From Phapecoctavirus DIJ07P2: DNA of 64,000 nt. Below the pieces are notes generated by a model, which worked only from the letters and a program-made list of their open reading frames with translations, had not been told where the DNA came from and did no database searches. Position numbers and translations under genes: made by a program. Shown in pieces: positions 62,319-64,000 of the stretch; within the stretch, counting starts at the first letter, position 1, and every line of letters begins with the position of its first letter. The stretch lies in the sequence record OZ035771.1; one strand, given 5' to 3'.

Positions 62319-63317
62319 TCACCATTTAGTATGATTTGTTAAAAGTTGACGATGTTGAATCCAGCCTTTGAAATTGCCAGACCAAAACTTACCATTACGA
62401 TCTACATGGGTAATACCTGGCTCCCAAGAGTTAAAATCCCAGGGAGCATTGATAAACCAATCTTCAAAACAATTCTCTCCGTATTGTTCGCATGTTTCTT
62501 GCATTGGGGTGGCTTGATGTTCAAACGGAGAAGCATGAACCTTGCGCCCAGTCAGCAAACGACCATAGATATCTAAAGCTTTATCTTTAGTTGCATTTAA
62601 ACGACGATAGCTAACCTGTGCACAACACGACGCTGAAATAGCTTTAGCTTCTTCCAAAGTAAGCATAACAACTTCTCCAGATTCGTCTTGAACACAGTAT
62701 CCACCAAAAACAAAATGATCATCACCTTCTGTGCCAATATTATCGTAGAAATGATCTACATAAGGTGTATGCCATTGTCCTGGTTCCAGCACTTCTGGTG
62801 TAGATTCTTCATACTCTTTGTGCATCTCTTTAGCCAAAGCTTCGATAGTAGGATCAGCTTCTTTGTCATCACGTAGCCACCAGAAATTTTCATACTCTGT
62901 TGCTGTCAGAACTGTTTTAATTCGTTGGAAAGGTTCCAGAAGACGGTTTGCAACTTGTTTGTGGTACCCTGCCAAAGAGAATTCTTCTGCGAAACGTGCT
63001 GCACTAAGCGCGGCAAGATCCCACCACTCTTGAGCAGTATAACCTGCATCAATAAGAGCGTCATGATCAACACCTTTATCCTGCATACCAGGTTGGTTAG
63101 CCCCAAAACGATAAGGACGAGCAGGTTGATTTCGCACCATTTCAATCAGTGTTTTAACAGGTATAGCACGGCTAGAAGCAGCATTACGACTGAACAGGCG
63201 GTGAGTCATCAATTCTGAATGAATAATACGTGGATATTCCAGTTCAAAAGTTACAATCTCTTTTCCGTCTTCAGTGATGGAATGCGCAATAATACTAGCC
63301 GAAATCTGTTTTGTCAT
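62319..63317 (-). CDS. thyX: Flavin-dependent thymidylate synthase
   Basis: ThyX signature-like THRLFSRNAASSRAIP (RHR...S..R). Confidence 0.8.
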   Translation of the reverse strand: MTKQISASIIAHSITEDGKEIVTFELEYPRIIHSELMTHRLFSRNAASSRAIPVKTLIEMVRNQPARPYRFGANQPGMQDKGVDHDALIDAGYTAQEWWDLAALSAARFAEEFSLAGYHKQVANRLLEPFQRIKTVLTATEYENFWWLRDDKEADPTIEALAKEMHKEYEESTPEVLEPGQWHTPYVDHFYDNIGTEGDDHFVFGGYCVQDESGEVVMLTLEEAKAISASCCAQVSYRRLNATKDKALDIYGRLLTGRKVHASPFEHQATPMQETCEQYGENCFEDWFINAPWDFNSWEPGITHVDRNGKFWSGNFKGWIQHRQLLTNHTKW

Positions 63318-63326
63318 TTTTTCTCC

Positions 63327-63935
63327 TTAGTTTTTAAAATTGTTCAAAGTGTTAAAAACGTCCAAACATGTTAGCCACTGATCTTCTAAACCTGTGATCA
63401 CAACATTTGGTTTTTTCTTTAGTTCTTCTAGATGGTTATCTTTATAAGGTGTATTAAAATATATTTTAACCACTTCATCTGGAAAATATAGTAGGTTATC
63501 AGCCCTGTCATCTATTGCTATATCACAAGGCAATAAATATTTTTCTTTTGTAGCAAAAAAGCCGTTACCAGATCCTTTGCTAAAATCAATCGTATCTAAT
63601 GTTCTTAAAACATGTTTATGCTTGGAACTCAAGTGACCACCTTTTGTCACACTTGCGATCAAAATATTGCTGCCTTTCCTTGAAACACACTTTAAGAAAT
63701 CTGGCATACCTGTAACAAAACCCATTGTATCATAGAGATGAGGATTATCCAGGAATCCGTAAGGATCTATATTGAACTCCTCCCTGAAACCAGGGAAGTA
63801 GTTGGTAAGATCGTAGTCTGCATTTTTTGTGAATGTGTCTATCTTAACACCAAGTCCACTAATCTTATTCAACCATTCTAACCAAGCAACATCTAATGGA
63901 GCCACAACTAAATCCCAATCACATACGATCTGCAT
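63327..63935 (-). CDS. HAD-superfamily 5'(3')-deoxyribonucleotidase-like protein
   Basis: N-terminal IVCDWDLVV (DxD) and overall length typical of NT5C-like nucleotidases. Confidence 0.5.
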   Translation of the reverse strand: MQIVCDWDLVVAPLDVAWLEWLNKISGLGVKIDTFTKNADYDLTNYFPGFREEFNIDPYGFLDNPHLYDTMGFVTGMPDFLKCVSRKGSNILIASVTKGGHLSSKHKHVLRTLDTIDFSKGSGNGFFATKEKYLLPCDIAIDDRADNLLYFPDEVVKIYFNTPYKDNHLEELKKKPNVVITGLEDQWLTCLDVFNTLNNFKN

Positions 63936-64000
63936 AAAACCTCCTCTCTCTTTTAGTATAGTTATCTTATACTAACTTTCAATTTCCTGCAATAGGATTT

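Noticed and set aside
47912-63935. T5-like identity for the genome
   Set aside because: Several genes here have T5 counterparts as far as I recall, but the T4-type lysozyme, an intron in nrdD, an endonuclease between nrdA and nrdB, and the promoter/stem-loop cassettes fit a T4-type phage better. Placement remains unverified.

Overview
This window reads as a ~64 kb segment of a large virulent dsDNA phage genome, most consistent with a T4-type phage; that placement is inferred from gene content and not verified by any search. All calls below come from reading the sequence and the supplied ORF track; no database search, HMM or folding was run, and self-derived coordinates may be off by 1-2 nt. 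Region 1-12,047 is a leftward (minus-strand) block: anaerobic RNR nrdD interrupted by a 770-nt group-I-like intron carrying an HNH homing endonuclease, an SF1 UvrD-like helicase interrupted by a 346-aa intein, and many small ORFs. Region 12,162-18,167 is a rightward block including an AAA ATPase, a Cys-rich protein and a NADAR (YbiA-like) protein. The most unusual region is 19.3-27.5 kb: about 26 tiny rightward ORFs, most preceded by its own copy of a repeated cassette (sigma70-type promoter plus a GC-rich 5' stem-loop; 22 copies located). This resembles the promoter-early-stem-loop cassettes reported for some T4-type phages and is the strongest candidate for an undescribed system. The array is bracketed by two long non-coding regions (18.2-19.3 kb and 27.9-29.5 kb) containing Fur-box-like palindromes, AT-rich direct repeats and a strongly A+C-skewed stretch. 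Region 29.5-39.4 kb is a rightward block of small ORFs including a resolvase-type serine recombinase and a three-member paralogous family with one frameshifted copy. Region 39.4-64 kb is a leftward block: SIR2-like protein, three freestanding AP2/HNH homing endonucleases, a short C5-methyltransferase-like protein, a small Dam-like methyltransferase, a Ser/Thr phosphatase, an HslV-like peptidase, PhoH, T4-type lysozyme, glutaredoxin, rmlD-rmlC-rmlB (no rmlA seen), nrdB, nrdA, thyX and a HAD nucleotidase. No tRNA, rRNA or CRISPR array was found.
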